Below, in pieces: positions 18,470 to 30,564 of a DNA stretch of 64,000 nt. The stretch's first letter is position 1, and each line of letters begins with the position of its first letter. The DNA is from an uncultured Prevotellaceae bacterium (GTDB lineage: Bacteria > Bacteroidota > Bacteroidia > Bacteroidales > Bacteroidaceae), in contig CALGGJ010000069.1 of assembly GCA_937915745.1 (NCBI GenBank), positions 5,544 to 69,543 of the forward strand, in the 5' to 3' direction. Both the position numbers and the translations under genes were made by a program. The notes under the pieces are model-generated. The model had not been told where the DNA came from. It did not search any database and saw nothing but the letters and a program-made list of their open reading frames with translations.

Positions 18470-18650
18470 TGAAAATGGTTTCACATGTAGATACGCTCCT
18501 ACGGTATTTCATACCTCCGTCGGTATGACTTCGGGGTGGTACGTTTTCGTTAAGCCGAGAGCAGAGGCCGAGCTTTCTTGGGCTATGCCGAGGCAAAGAA
18601 AAGGTCGGATTCGAATGTCGTTCTCCATAGAAAACCTGTGCTATCTTTCA

Positions 18651-18712
18651 GCAACCTTCCCGCCCTGTCATACCGACGGAGCGGAGCGAAGGAGTGTATC
18701 TGACATGTAACT
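18651..18712 (+). repeat. 62-nt direct repeat, copy 2
   Basis: 60 of 62 nt identical to 18408-18469, with an offset of 243 nt. Confidence 0.85.
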
Positions 18713-18806
18713 AAAACATGGTACGAAACTTTACATACGAAACTTGTATTATATAATAAGGTTTGTTTTTTTTATGATTATTTTTGTAAGGTTGCAGAAA
18801 AAGTTG

Positions 18807-18814
18807 TATCTTTG
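18807..18814 (+). promoter_or_regulatory. Bacteroidota -7 promoter motif (TATCTTTG)
   Basis: 16 nt before the ATG at 18830 and 28 nt before the ATG at 18842. Confidence 0.55.
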
Positions 18815-18841
18815 TAGCACAATTCTTACATGACATATAAT

Positions 18842-20362
18842 ATGCTTACACAAAAAGACCAGACCCTCCTTGCAGAGAAACATATCACGGAGGACGTTCT
18901 CAACCATCAACTCAACCAGTTTAAGACTGGCTTCCCATTCCTGAAACTGGCCGGTGCGGCAGCTCCGGGCAATGGCATCGTAGTGACCGACGCTGCTCAG
19001 CAGACTTATCATTTACAGTCGTGGGACCAATATCTCGACGGCGGACATAAAGTCGTGAAGTTTGTTCCGGCCTCGGGTGCAGCTTCGCGCATGTTCAAAA
19101 ACCTGTTTGAATTTCTTGATGGCGATGCCGATATCCCCGACAGCGACTTTATGCGCAAGTTCTTCGACGGCATCGGGCATTTTGCTTTCTACGAGGCCCT
19201 GACCGATGCTTGCGTGGTGAACGAGGGAAAAACCATAGAAGACCTCGTGGCCGAGGGCAACTACAAGGCTGTGGTAGGGTGTCTGCTTGGCGAACATGGC
19301 CTTGGATACGGACAGCTGCCGAAAGGCTTGTTGCAGTTCCATGCCTACGACGACTCGGTGCGCACACCGCTCGAGGAACACCTGGTGGAAGGTGCCCTGT
19401 ATGCGTCGGGACGCGACGGACAGGTGAACGTACATTTCACGGTGAGTCCCGAACACAGACCTCTGTTTGAAAACCTTGTCAAGACAAGGGTAGGGGAGTA
19501 CGAGCAGAAGTATGGAGTGAAATACAATGTGACATTCTCTGAACAGAAATCAAGCACCGACACCATTGCCGTAACACCCGACAACCAACCCTTCCGCAGC
19601 GATGACGGAAGCCTGCTTTTCCGTCCGGCCGGACATGGGGCACTCATCGAAAACCTCAACGACCTCGATGCCGACATCATCTTTGTGAAAAACATAGACA
19701 ACGTGGTGCCCGACCGCCTGAAAGAACCGACCATCAAATTCAAGAAAGTGATTGCCGGACTCCTGGTTGAGACCCAAAAGAAAGCATTCGATTTCATCAA
19801 CCTCCTCAATTCGGGCAACTTCACACACGATGATATAGAAAACATCATACGATTCATGCGCGACACACTGTGCATACGCAATCCAAAACTCAAGGACATG
19901 GAAGATACCGAACTGGCAATCTACCTGAAGAACAAACTCAACCGACCGATGCGAGTATGTGGCATGGTGCGCAATGTGGGCGAACCCGGCGGAGGACCGT
20001 TCATGGCATACAATGCCGACGGAACAATATCGCCACAGATACTCGAGAGCGTACAGATTGACACACAGAATGCCGAATATGTCGAGATGTTCAAGAGCGG
20101 AACACACTTCAACCCGGTTGACCTTGTGTGTGCCGTGAAAGACTATACAGGCAAACCGTTCGACCTTACAAAATATGTTGATCCGGCAACAGGCTTCATC
20201 TCGTCGAAAAGCAAGAACGGCAAAGAACTTAAAGCACTTGAACTGCCCGGACTGTGGAACGGCTCGATGAGCGACTGGAATACCATCTTCGTAGAAGTGC
20301 CGCTCGATACATTCAATCCGGTGAAGACCGTAAACGACCTGCTGAGAGAACAACATCAATAA
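18842..20362 (+). CDS. DUF4301 family protein
   Basis: Long conserved-looking ORF. From memory, its N-terminus ([36 protein letters not shown]) matches the DUF4301 family common in Bacteroidota. The ORF track starts 4 codons earlier (18830); promoter spacing favours 18842. Confidence 0.6.
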   Translation: MLTQKDQTLLAEKHITEDVLNHQLNQFKTGFPFLKLAGAAAPGNGIVVTDAAQQTYHLQSWDQYLDGGHKVVKFVPASGAASRMFKNLFEFLDGDADIPDSDFMRKFFDGIGHFAFYEALTDACVVNEGKTIEDLVAEGNYKAVVGCLLGEHGLGYGQLPKGLLQFHAYDDSVRTPLEEHLVEGALYASGRDGQVNVHFTVSPEHRPLFENLVKTRVGEYEQKYGVKYNVTFSEQKSSTDTIAVTPDNQPFRSDDGSLLFRPAGHGALIENLNDLDADIIFVKNIDNVVPDRLKEPTIKFKKVIAGLLVETQKKAFDFINLLNSGNFTHDDIENIIRFMRDTLCIRNPKLKDMEDTELAIYLKNKLNRPMRVCGMVRNVGEPGGGPFMAYNADGTISPQILESVQIDTQNAEYVEMFKSGTHFNPVDLVCAVKDYTGKPFDLTKYVDPATGFISSKSKNGKELKALELPGLWNGSMSDWNTIFVEVPLDTFNPVKTVNDLLREQHQ

Positions 20363-20387
20363 GAATACAAACACCGACAAGACAAAA

Positions 20388-21551
20388 ATGAAAAAGATAA
20401 TGCTATTGGGTTCGGGCGAACTCGGCAAGGAATTTGTGATAGCCTGCAAACGCAAGGGACAGTACGTAGTTGCCTGCGACGCCTATGCCGGAGCTCCGGC
20501 CATGCAAGTGGCCGACGAGTGTGAGGTGTTTCCGATGCTCGACGGCGATGCGCTGATGGCTGCAGTTGAAAAACACAAGCCCGACATCATAGTACCCGAA
20601 ATCGAAGCAATACGTACAGAGAAACTCTATGACTGCGAAAAACGAGGCATACAAGTGGTACCGTCGGCCAAAGCCGTGAACTACACCATGAACCGCAAAG
20701 CGATACGCGAATTGGCACACAGGGAACTGGGACTGAAAACAGCTAACTACCGCTATGCCAAGACATTCGACGAATTTGTTGAAGCGGCCAACGAAATAGG
20801 ATACCCTTTCATCGTAAAACCACTCATGTCATCATCGGGACACGGACAAAGTAAAGTAGATGGCCCCGACGAGTTGCAAAAAGCATGGGACTTTGCAGCC
20901 AAAGGAGCACGCGGCGATATAAAAGAAGTGATTGTTGAACAATTCATCAAGTTCGACTCTGAGATAACACTTCTTACCGTTACCCAAAAGAACGGACAAA
21001 CACTGTTCTGCCGTCCTATCGGGCATGTCCAGAAAGGTGGCGACTACCGCGAAAGCTATCAGCCTGCCGCTATATCCGACGAACAATTGAAGACTGCACA
21101 GGAAATGGCAGCAAAAGTGACAGCAGCCCTGACAGGTGCAGGCATCTGGGGTGTGGAGTTTTTCTTGTCGAATACCGACGGTGTCTATTTCTCCGAACTC
21201 TCGCCACGTCCTCACGACACAGGCATGGTGACACTGGCCGGCACACAAAACCTGAGCGAGTTTGAACTGCATTGTCGAGCAGTGCTCGGACTGCCTATCC
21301 CCGAAATCACACAAGAACGTAACGGAGCCAGCGCCGTGATACTGTCGGGCGTAGAGAGCAATCAACCCGAATACGGGGGGATGGCCGATGTGTGTGCTGC
21401 CACAAATACATATCTGCGCATTTTCGGCAAACCCGTTGCACACGTCGGACGCCGAATGGGTGTCGTGGTATGCTACGACAAACTCGGCACATCGCTCGAC
21501 GAACTACGCGGCAAATGCAAGGCACTTGCAGCTAAGGTCACGGTGAAATAA
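20388..21551 (+). CDS. purT: formate-dependent phosphoribosylglycinamide formyltransferase (GAR transformylase 2)
   Basis: 387 aa, collinear with E. coli PurT ([69 protein letters not shown]). Confidence 0.9.
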   Translation: MKKIMLLGSGELGKEFVIACKRKGQYVVACDAYAGAPAMQVADECEVFPMLDGDALMAAVEKHKPDIIVPEIEAIRTEKLYDCEKRGIQVVPSAKAVNYTMNRKAIRELAHRELGLKTANYRYAKTFDEFVEAANEIGYPFIVKPLMSSSGHGQSKVDGPDELQKAWDFAAKGARGDIKEVIVEQFIKFDSEITLLTVTQKNGQTLFCRPIGHVQKGGDYRESYQPAAISDEQLKTAQEMAAKVTAALTGAGIWGVEFFLSNTDGVYFSELSPRPHDTGMVTLAGTQNLSEFELHCRAVLGLPIPEITQERNGASAVILSGVESNQPEYGGMADVCAATNTYLRIFGKPVAHVGRRMGVVVCYDKLGTSLDELRGKCKALAAKVTVK

Positions 21552-21861
21552 AGCCTCTTGTAAAAGTTCTGCTAAAGCCTCTTATAAATCTATTTAAAGC
21601 CGCCTCTAACACCTTAGGAGGGTGTCAGTGCCGGATAGTGCTTGTGTGGCAGGGAAGCCGTGCAGACCATCACGAAAAGGTCGGTGTAATTTGTCTGATG
21701 GCTTAATTCGGGTAAAAAAAGAAGATGTAAGCTATAAGCCCTTGATTCAAAGAAAATTGAGGGCTTGTTTCGTATGAGTTATTAACATTATCAACAATGT
21801 TGTAAACAATGGTGTTGAAATGTTTAGACCTGTTTATAAAATATATATCAAAATAAACACC

Positions 21862-21869
21862 TAAATTTG
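21862..21869 (+). promoter_or_regulatory. Bacteroidota -7 promoter motif (TAAATTTG)
   Basis: 48 nt upstream of the dnaB ATG at 21917. Confidence 0.5.
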
Positions 21870-21916
21870 CAAGCGAAATTAAGAAATAAGGATGTAAAAC
21901 CACACACACACGGAAA

Positions 21917-23464
21917 ATGGCTGCAACAACCAAGAAACCAGCAACAAAGAAGAAACGCGGCGATGAAGTAGTGATTGTAACCGACCTTGGACGCCAGCAG
22001 CCACAGGCTGTCGAATTTGAGGAGGCAGTAATAGGAGCCTGCCTTATCGAGCAGGAAGCATTCGGACGAGTGGCCGACATACTGAAACCCGAGTCGTTCT
22101 ACGAAACAAAACATAGGCTGATATACGAGGCTATACGAAGCCTGTCGATAGAAAATCAGCCAATCGACATACTCACAGTCACCGAGCAACTGAAACGAAG
22201 CGGAGACCTCGACGAAGCCGGTGGACCAATATATATTGCAGAACTGAGCCAGAAATTCATATCGTCGGCACACATCGAGTATCATGCCAAGATTCTTGCA
22301 CAAAAAGCACTGGCACGCGACCTGATAACGTATGCGAGCCATCTGCTGGAAAATGCCTTCGACAGCAGTCAGGATATCGACGAACTGATGCAAGGGGCTG
22401 AAGGCGAATTGTTTGAGCTGTCGAAGAACAACATAAAGAAAGACTTCACACAGATTGATCCGATACTCACCGAAGCGGTGAAGATGATGGAAAAGGCAGC
22501 AAGCAATACCGATGGTATATCAGGCATCAGTTCTGGGTTTGACCGGCTCGACAACATAACCAACGGATGGCAAAACTCCGATCTCATCATCATTGCTGCA
22601 CGACCGTCAATGGGCAAAACAGCCTTTGTACTGTCCATGGCACGTAACATTGCAATAGCAAACCGAGTGCCAGTGGCAATGTTCTCGCTCGAAATGTCAA
22701 ATGTGCAGTTGGTGAACCGACTGATAACCAATGTATGTGAAATAAAAGGAGAGACTATCAGAAGCGGACAGTTGGCACCCTACGAATGGAAACAACTCGA
22801 CGAAAAGATGCGCGAGATGTATGGAGCGCCACTTTATATCGACGACACACCATCGCTCTCAGTATTCGAACTGCGCACGAAGGCCCGCAGGCTGGTTCGC
22901 GAGCACGGAGTAAAACTGATACTTATCGACTACCTGCAACTGATGAACGCTTCGGGCATGAGCTACAACAGCCGTCAGGAAGAGGTTTCAACCATTTCAC
23001 GGTCGCTTAAGGGACTTGCCAAAGAATTGAACATCCCAATTATTGCACTGTCACAACTGAACCGTGGAATAGAGACACGTATCGCAACGGCCGACGACCA
23101 ACATAAAGACGCTCACCGACCACAGCTGAGCGACTTGCGCGAGTCGGGAGCAATAGAGCAAGATGCCGACATGGTGTGCATGATCCACCGTCCGGAATAC
23201 TACGGATTGAAAAAAGACTCACACGGAGTTTCGCTCAAAAATGTAGCAGAAATAATAATCGCAAAACACCGCAACGGTAAGACTGGCGACATAAGACTGC
23301 GATTCATTGGCGACTATGCAAAATTTGCCAATTCAGACGATGCAATACCTTTGCCTGGAGAGGATGAGGAACAGGTGATACAATCGAGGATGAACTCTGT
23401 TCCACTGGCCGATGACGACCCACTCAACACCATATCGCCCCATGATGGGCCGTATCCATTCTAA
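21917..23464 (+). CDS. dnaB: replicative DNA helicase
   Basis: 515 aa. DnaB N-domain (PQAVEFEEAVIGACL) and RecA-like core with Walker A (AARPSMGKTAF), LIDYLQLM and SRSLKGLAKELNIPIIALSQLNR. Confidence 0.92.
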   Translation: MAATTKKPATKKKRGDEVVIVTDLGRQQPQAVEFEEAVIGACLIEQEAFGRVADILKPESFYETKHRLIYEAIRSLSIENQPIDILTVTEQLKRSGDLDEAGGPIYIAELSQKFISSAHIEYHAKILAQKALARDLITYASHLLENAFDSSQDIDELMQGAEGELFELSKNNIKKDFTQIDPILTEAVKMMEKAASNTDGISGISSGFDRLDNITNGWQNSDLIIIAARPSMGKTAFVLSMARNIAIANRVPVAMFSLEMSNVQLVNRLITNVCEIKGETIRSGQLAPYEWKQLDEKMREMYGAPLYIDDTPSLSVFELRTKARRLVREHGVKLILIDYLQLMNASGMSYNSRQEEVSTISRSLKGLAKELNIPIIALSQLNRGIETRIATADDQHKDAHRPQLSDLRESGAIEQDADMVCMIHRPEYYGLKKDSHGVSLKNVAEIIIAKHRNGKTGDIRLRFIGDYAKFANSDDAIPLPGEDEEQVIQSRMNSVPLADDDPLNTISPHDGPYPF

Positions 23465-23603
23465 CCAAGGTCTGAGGCAGGAATTATTGAACACACACAT
23501 GATTATGTATATGAATCATACATTCAGATTGCGGGAATATATGTATAGAATTGAATGAAACAAGCACAGTACATTTTCTCACTTTTATCAATTGTTTTTT
23601 CAG

Positions 23604-23639
23604 TGGACATTTGTTGTTGGAAACAAGTGTCCATTTTTT
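23604..23639 (+). terminator. intrinsic terminator downstream of dnaB
   Basis: 12-bp stem TGGACATTTGTT / AACAAGTGTCCA (one G-T pair), 6-nt loop, then TTTTTT. Confidence 0.7.
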
Positions 23640-23644
23640 CATCT

Positions 23645-23701
23645 AAACGCTAATGACCGATTTGGGTTGAATCATCAAAACGCTAATGACCGATTTGGGT
23701 T
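23645..23701 (+). repeat. two direct copies of the 24-nt motif AAACGCTAATGACCGATTTGGGTT
   Basis: Identical copies at 23645-23668 and 23678-23701. The same core CTAATGACCGATTTGG recurs at 44780-44795 (+) and 38718-38733 (-). Confidence 0.9.
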
Positions 23702-23762
23702 AAAATAACTATGATAAATCGTTTTTTCAATATAAGTTGATACAGCTGTCAGGTATTTTTTG

Positions 23763-23770
23763 TAACTTTG
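23763..23770 (+). promoter_or_regulatory. Bacteroidota -7 promoter motif (TAACTTTG)
   Basis: 26 nt upstream of the ispE ATG at 23796. Confidence 0.6.
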
Positions 23771-23795
23771 CATCGTATTTGTTAAAACGAGGTGT

Positions 23796-24626
23796 ATGAT
23801 ATTCTATCCGAACGCAAAAATCAATATCGGCCTAAACGTGATTGAACGCCGCAAAGACGGCTATCACAATCTCGAGACTGTATTCTATCCAATTCCACTT
23901 CAGGATGCAGTAGAAATAAATGTGATTGAAGGTGAGGTGCCTGAATGCGGCTATAGATTGCGCGTTTCGGGTAATTTGCTCGATGGCACGCCAGAAGATA
24001 ACCTTGTGGTGAAGGCCTACAAACTTGTAAAATCAGATTTCGATATTCCTGATTGTAGTCTCTCGGTATATAAACACATACCTACTGGAGCTGGACTCGG
24101 CGGAGGAAGTTCTGACGCTGCATTCACAATAAAGGCTCTAAACGACAAGTTCCACCTGGGACTTGACGATGACGACATGGAACATTATGCGACCATCTTA
24201 GGAGCCGACTGCGCCTTCTTCATCAGAAACAGGCCGGTTTTTGCAACTGGTATTGGAAATGTGTTCCAACCTATCGACATCTCGCTTGCAGGGAAGACAC
24301 TGCTACTCGTTAAGCCTGATGTGTTTGTCTCTACAGCCGATGCCTACAGAGGAATAACACCTATGCCGGCAGAATTCAAACTCACCGAACTGCTCAAGCA
24401 ACCGATTGAATGCTGGAAGGATTCCGTCGTCAACGATTTTGAATCGAGCGTGTTTATAAAATATCCGGAGATTGCTGCCATTAAAGACCATATGTACGAC
24501 CTGGGAGCTTTCTATGCGTCAATGTCGGGCAGTGGAAGCTGTGTGTATGGAATATTCGAATCGCCCGTGGCACATGCCGATGAGACTTTTGCCGGATGTT
24601 TCTGCCGACAAAGGGAATTGGAGTAA
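23796..24626 (+). CDS. ispE: 4-(cytidine 5'-diphospho)-2-C-methyl-D-erythritol kinase
   Basis: 276 aa. GHMP-kinase motif ([15 protein letters not shown]) and an IspE-type N-terminus ([11 protein letters not shown]...[11 protein letters not shown]). Confidence 0.85.
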   Translation: MIFYPNAKINIGLNVIERRKDGYHNLETVFYPIPLQDAVEINVIEGEVPECGYRLRVSGNLLDGTPEDNLVVKAYKLVKSDFDIPDCSLSVYKHIPTGAGLGGGSSDAAFTIKALNDKFHLGLDDDDMEHYATILGADCAFFIRNRPVFATGIGNVFQPIDISLAGKTLLLVKPDVFVSTADAYRGITPMPAEFKLTELLKQPIECWKDSVVNDFESSVFIKYPEIAAIKDHMYDLGAFYASMSGSGSCVYGIFESPVAHADETFAGCFCRQRELE

Positions 24627-24637
24627 TATACAACTAA

Positions 24638-26731
<2,094 letters not shown>

Positions 26732-26866
26732 ATATACAAAAGTAAATAGCATGGTTTTTTACTATACAGACATTGAATAAATAAACAAACAGTAACAATA
26801 TAATCATAATCTGCAAGATATAAAGCTACAATATATAAACAATATCTGCAACACACAAATTGTAAT

Positions 26867-27760
26867 ATGGCTTACAATAAATTCAGAGGATTAGGCAATG
26901 CTCTCATAACACCATTCACGAAAGACGGTGCAGTTGATTATGCATCTCTACGACGCATACTTGATTATCAGCTTGCAGGAGGTATTGACTTTCTGTGCAT
27001 ACTTGCCACAACGGGCGAAACACCTTGTCTTACTGAGGATGAAAAACGAAGAATTATTGATATTGTTCTTGAAAAAGTACATGGGACAATTCCAATCCTC
27101 ATGGGTTGTGGGGGTAATAATACGATGGATATAGTAAATATACTTCACACTCACGATTTCACAGGTATCGATGGTATACTGAGTGTTTGCCCATATTATA
27201 ACAAACCTTCACAAGAAGGTCTTTACCAACATTTCAAGACAATTGCAAATAATACCGACCTTCCTGTTGTTTTGTATAACGTGCCAGGACGTGTGGGAGT
27301 AAATATGACTGCCGAAACAACCCTGCGCCTTGCAAACGACTGTGAGAATATTGTTGCCATTAAAGAAGCAAGTGGGAACTTTACCCAAATAGACGATATC
27401 ATAAAAAACAAACCCGAACATTTCGATGTAATCTCTGGCGATGATGGTATTACCTTTCCACTTATCACACTTGGTGCGGTTGGAGTAATCAGTGTAATTG
27501 GAAATGCTTTACCACATGAATTTGGGCGTATGGTGCGTCTTGCACTTCGAGGTGATTATCAAAATGCTCTCACAATACATCATAAATTCGCAGAATTGTT
27601 CAAACTGCTGTTTGTTGATGGTAATCCGGCAGGTGTGAAAGCTATGATGAACAGTATGGGACTTATTGAAAATGAACTTCGACTACCACTCGTACCGGCA
27701 CGTCTTACAACCTTCGGTGAGATAAGTACAATCATAAAAGAACTAAACATTAAATATTGA
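26867..27760 (+). CDS. dapA: 4-hydroxy-tetrahydrodipicolinate synthase
   Basis: 297 aa. DapA motifs: GNALITPF, TTGETPCLT, YNVPGRVGVN, IVAIKEASGN. Confidence 0.9.
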   Translation: MAYNKFRGLGNALITPFTKDGAVDYASLRRILDYQLAGGIDFLCILATTGETPCLTEDEKRRIIDIVLEKVHGTIPILMGCGGNNTMDIVNILHTHDFTGIDGILSVCPYYNKPSQEGLYQHFKTIANNTDLPVVLYNVPGRVGVNMTAETTLRLANDCENIVAIKEASGNFTQIDDIIKNKPEHFDVISGDDGITFPLITLGAVGVISVIGNALPHEFGRMVRLALRGDYQNALTIHHKFAELFKLLFVDGNPAGVKAMMNSMGLIENELRLPLVPARLTTFGEISTIIKELNIKY

Positions 27761-27916
27761 TTCCATATTTCACAAGTAATCGATGTTATGTTTAATTGAA
27801 AATATTAGAACTGCCCCAATTCTCTATTAACATAAATCCTCATGTGCTAGATGGAACATCTATAATTCGACCAATGTGGCGAACAGTTTCCTGCGTAGAG
27901 ATATCTACATTGTTTC

Positions 27917-28885
27917 TTAAGATTGTTCAAGGGTTTGGAGGATGAGCGGTATACGTTTTTCCCACGGAGCATACTCCAAGGCCACGGCACGATTGCGGTT
28001 GACCAGTTCTTGATAGTCCTCCAAGTGATTGAGGATGTGCTTGATTTGGTTGCATGGATCCACAAAGTCGGCCTCAATGACAGGGTTGTAGCCAATCAGT
28101 TTAAGCAATTCCTGTGGACAGTGGCCCACGATAATGCAGCGAGACAACATTCCCTCCCAGAAGCGCATGGTCAGCGTGTCAATGTCGCCATCTTCTCGGG
28201 GGTTGCGCATGCAAAGGGGGAAGGAGATGACGATTTTAGAGTCTGCCACTTTCTGTGTGAAAATGTGCCAGTCTTCAAACAGTATCAAAGCCCCCTTTTC
28301 AGGATTTTTAGGATTATAGAGGAAGTTGCAGTCCTCTTCCAGTCGGCCGTCCATCAGTTTCTTGTGGAAATACTTGTGTTTCTGCCCCAGTTCATACACG
28401 TCAATACCTCTTTTGGTCAGTGGTTTTCCTGCCTGATAGTCAGTGATGTCCACTCCTTCGGGTATATGCACAAACTTCACGTCGGGGAATCGTCGGGCAA
28501 ATTCCTTGCCCACATCAGAGGCCGTGATGAAGCACAGTTTGCAGTGCAGCAGGCGTAGGTCGCGCTCCAGCCTTTTCCATGCGTTAGGCCAACAGTCCCA
28601 TAGTATGGGAATGATGTCACCATGAAAAAGATAGGGAATGGAGGACTTGAGCAGATGGCCTCCACGAGAGCATACGAGGAATGCCTTCCCCTTCTTGCGG
28701 ATGGGCAGTTGGGACAGAGCCAGCATCTTGAAAAAATTCCGAACGAGGCGATACCTCATCCATTTGCTCTGTTCCACCGCTTTTCCGCCTTGGGCAATCC
28801 ATGCTTCGCAGAAACTCTGTATATACACCTGCTTGTCGTGTGGGGATCGTGGGTGGTTGATGATGTAAACTTCTTCTTTTTTCAT
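27917..28885 (-). CDS. hypothetical protein, possibly glycosyltransferase-like (CgeB/GT1_2-like C-terminal half)
   Basis: 322-aa ORF of good length between AT-rich spacers. Only a weak resemblance (RFWEGMLSRCIIVG) to GT-B type C-terminal domains. Confidence 0.35.
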   Translation of the reverse strand: MKKEEVYIINHPRSPHDKQVYIQSFCEAWIAQGGKAVEQSKWMRYRLVRNFFKMLALSQLPIRKKGKAFLVCSRGGHLLKSSIPYLFHGDIIPILWDCWPNAWKRLERDLRLLHCKLCFITASDVGKEFARRFPDVKFVHIPEGVDITDYQAGKPLTKRGIDVYELGQKHKYFHKKLMDGRLEEDCNFLYNPKNPEKGALILFEDWHIFTQKVADSKIVISFPLCMRNPREDGDIDTLTMRFWEGMLSRCIIVGHCPQELLKLIGYNPVIEADFVDPCNQIKHILNHLEDYQELVNRNRAVALEYAPWEKRIPLILQTLEQS

Positions 28886-29048
28886 GTCCTTTCTCTATAG
28901 CCTAAAATTCCGATTTAAGTTTAACATCGATTACTTGGTTTTAGCCATATAGTCACTTGTTAATAGATTTTTTATTGTAATAAACATAAAATAGATACAT
29001 TTTTTAAAATTTATCTTATAAAAAACTTGTAGAATAAATTAAATGTTG

Positions 29049-29056
29049 TATATTTG
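29049..29056 (+). promoter_or_regulatory. Bacteroidota -7 promoter motif (TATATTTG)
   Basis: 31 nt upstream of the ATG at 29087. Confidence 0.55.
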
Positions 29057-29086
29057 CGAAGCAATTCAGATTGGAATCAATGATGA

Positions 29087-29581
29087 ATGAAACAGTGGTC
29101 AATGAATAAGAAACCGGTGACCAAGATATTGTTTGTATGTCTCGGTAATATATGTCGAAGCCCGATGGCCGAGACAATATTTAATAAAATTATTACGGAA
29201 CACCATGCACAGGATGATTATGTTGTTGATTCAGCTGGATTGATTGGATTTCATGCTGGAGAGCCAGCTGACATCCGTATGCAACGACACGCAAGAAATC
29301 ATGGGTATAATATCACTCACATATCGCGTAAAATCAGAGAATATGATTTTGATGAATACAATTATATCGTTGCTATGGATGATGACAACATAAGACGTCT
29401 GAATGACATTGCACCGACGCTTGAGGCCCAAAGCAAGATTGTTCGCATGACTGATTTTTGTAGGAAGTATAGCGTTTCGAATGTACCCGACCCTTACTAT
29501 GGTGGATATCAAGATTTTGAACATGTAGTCTCAATTCTTGAAGATGCCTGTAATGGTCTGTTTGAGGAAAGCAGGCAATAA
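29087..29581 (+). CDS. low-molecular-weight protein-tyrosine phosphatase
   Basis: 164 aa. Has the P-loop CLGNICRS and the downstream DPYYG motif. The ATG at 29102 is an alternative start. Confidence 0.85.
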   Translation: MKQWSMNKKPVTKILFVCLGNICRSPMAETIFNKIITEHHAQDDYVVDSAGLIGFHAGEPADIRMQRHARNHGYNITHISRKIREYDFDEYNYIVAMDDDNIRRLNDIAPTLEAQSKIVRMTDFCRKYSVSNVPDPYYGGYQDFEHVVSILEDACNGLFEESRQ

Positions 29582-29677
29582 AGGCGTGAAACCATTCAAC
29601 CAAAAAAACAATACCCATATGATTGATATTTCAGAGACTTAATAATTGTAAAACATAACTTAAAAGAAAGGATTAAC

Positions 29678-30442
29678 ATGAAGAATTTTATTCAGACACT
29701 GATTTTTGCAGCAGGATGTTTCCTTATGACTTCATCAGCATTTGCACAATCGAAAGCATTGTACTTGAGCAGTGTGAGCGGAACAAAGATTTCCCAGTAT
29801 GACGGTCAGTCACGTAACATCACAATGTATAGGAATGTATATCCGGGCTGGAACACAATGTGTGTGCCTTTTGCTATGTCTGCCGATGCTCTCAATGCAA
29901 CATTTGGTGCAGATTGTCGTCTTGAGGCTTTGCAGAGTGTCGAAAATATTGACGGCATCATTTACCTGCGTTTTGCTGATGTAAAGTCTGATGGTTTGAA
30001 GGCAAACACTCCATATTTGCTTTATTACACAGGTGAAGCAAAGAGTGTGAAGGTATCTGCAGAAGATGCAGTAGTGGAGTATAAAGCAGATGCCTCAGTT
30101 TGCTTCAAGTCAGCCGGAGCTGCTGTTAAGTTCTCAGGAGCTCAGACTCACCTACCAGCAGATGGTCAATATGGCATTTATGTACGCGACAATGCAGAAG
30201 CAAACTTCACGATTGTAGATTCAGAGACCAGTGGTTTTTATGCCACGCGTTGCTACATCACAGTTGATGGCGTTCAGAATGCAAAACTCATCAGCCTTCA
30301 TGGCAGCGATGCAACTGCTATCAGGTCGTTAGGTGCAGACCAGGATGAAGATAACGAAATTTACGACCTTAATGGCCGTCGCCAGAATGATGTCCAAAAG
30401 GGAGTAAACCTGATTGGAGGAAAGAAGGTACTGGTGAAATAA
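29678..30442 (+). CDS. secreted hypothetical protein with T9SS-type C-terminal sorting domain
   Basis: 254 aa with a signal peptide (...SSAFAQ). The C-terminus IYDLNGRRQNDVQKGVNLIGGKKVLVK fits the T9SS CTD pattern. Confidence 0.45.
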   Translation: MKNFIQTLIFAAGCFLMTSSAFAQSKALYLSSVSGTKISQYDGQSRNITMYRNVYPGWNTMCVPFAMSADALNATFGADCRLEALQSVENIDGIIYLRFADVKSDGLKANTPYLLYYTGEAKSVKVSAEDAVVEYKADASVCFKSAGAAVKFSGAQTHLPADGQYGIYVRDNAEANFTIVDSETSGFYATRCYITVDGVQNAKLISLHGSDATAIRSLGADQDEDNEIYDLNGRRQNDVQKGVNLIGGKKVLVK

Positions 30443-30564
30443 GGTGTGGTGCAGGCACGGCCCTCCCCTACCCCTTCCATTATTGATTACAAGACAACAA
30501 GGTGTGCCGTTCATTTGGTACATCTTGTTTTTTTCTCCACCTCAAACATTAATATAATGTCTGC

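Noticed and set aside
18174-18596. 140-aa minus-strand ORF in the GH5-DUF4301 spacer.
   Set aside because: It is translated straight through the inverted and direct repeats. It has odd Ser/Arg/Cys-rich composition and no promoter motif. The interval is better explained as non-coding repeat DNA.
18607-18616. GGATTCGAAT, resembling a tRNA T-loop.
   Set aside because: There is no flanking T-stem complementarity, acceptor stem or anticodon arm. No tRNA can be drawn.
19550-20455. 301-aa minus-strand ORF antisense to the DUF4301 gene. Similar antisense ORFs lie at 39104-39982 (292 aa), 33533-34264 (243 aa) and 20832-21443 (203 aa).
   Set aside because: Each lies entirely within a better-supported gene on the other strand. 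They lack recognisable motifs and have skewed composition.
21549-21700. Three direct TAAAGCC[TG]C[CT]T words about 23 nt apart after purT (21549, 21573, 21595). A following GC-rich segment (GTGCCGGATAGTGCTTGTGTGGCAGGGAAGCC) superficially resembles the 3' half of 4.5S/SRP RNA.
   Set aside because: The universally conserved SRP helix-8 sequence (GGAA tetraloop with AGCAGC) is absent on both strands. The words do not match DnaA boxes. I could not establish a function, and it needs an Infernal/Rfam scan.
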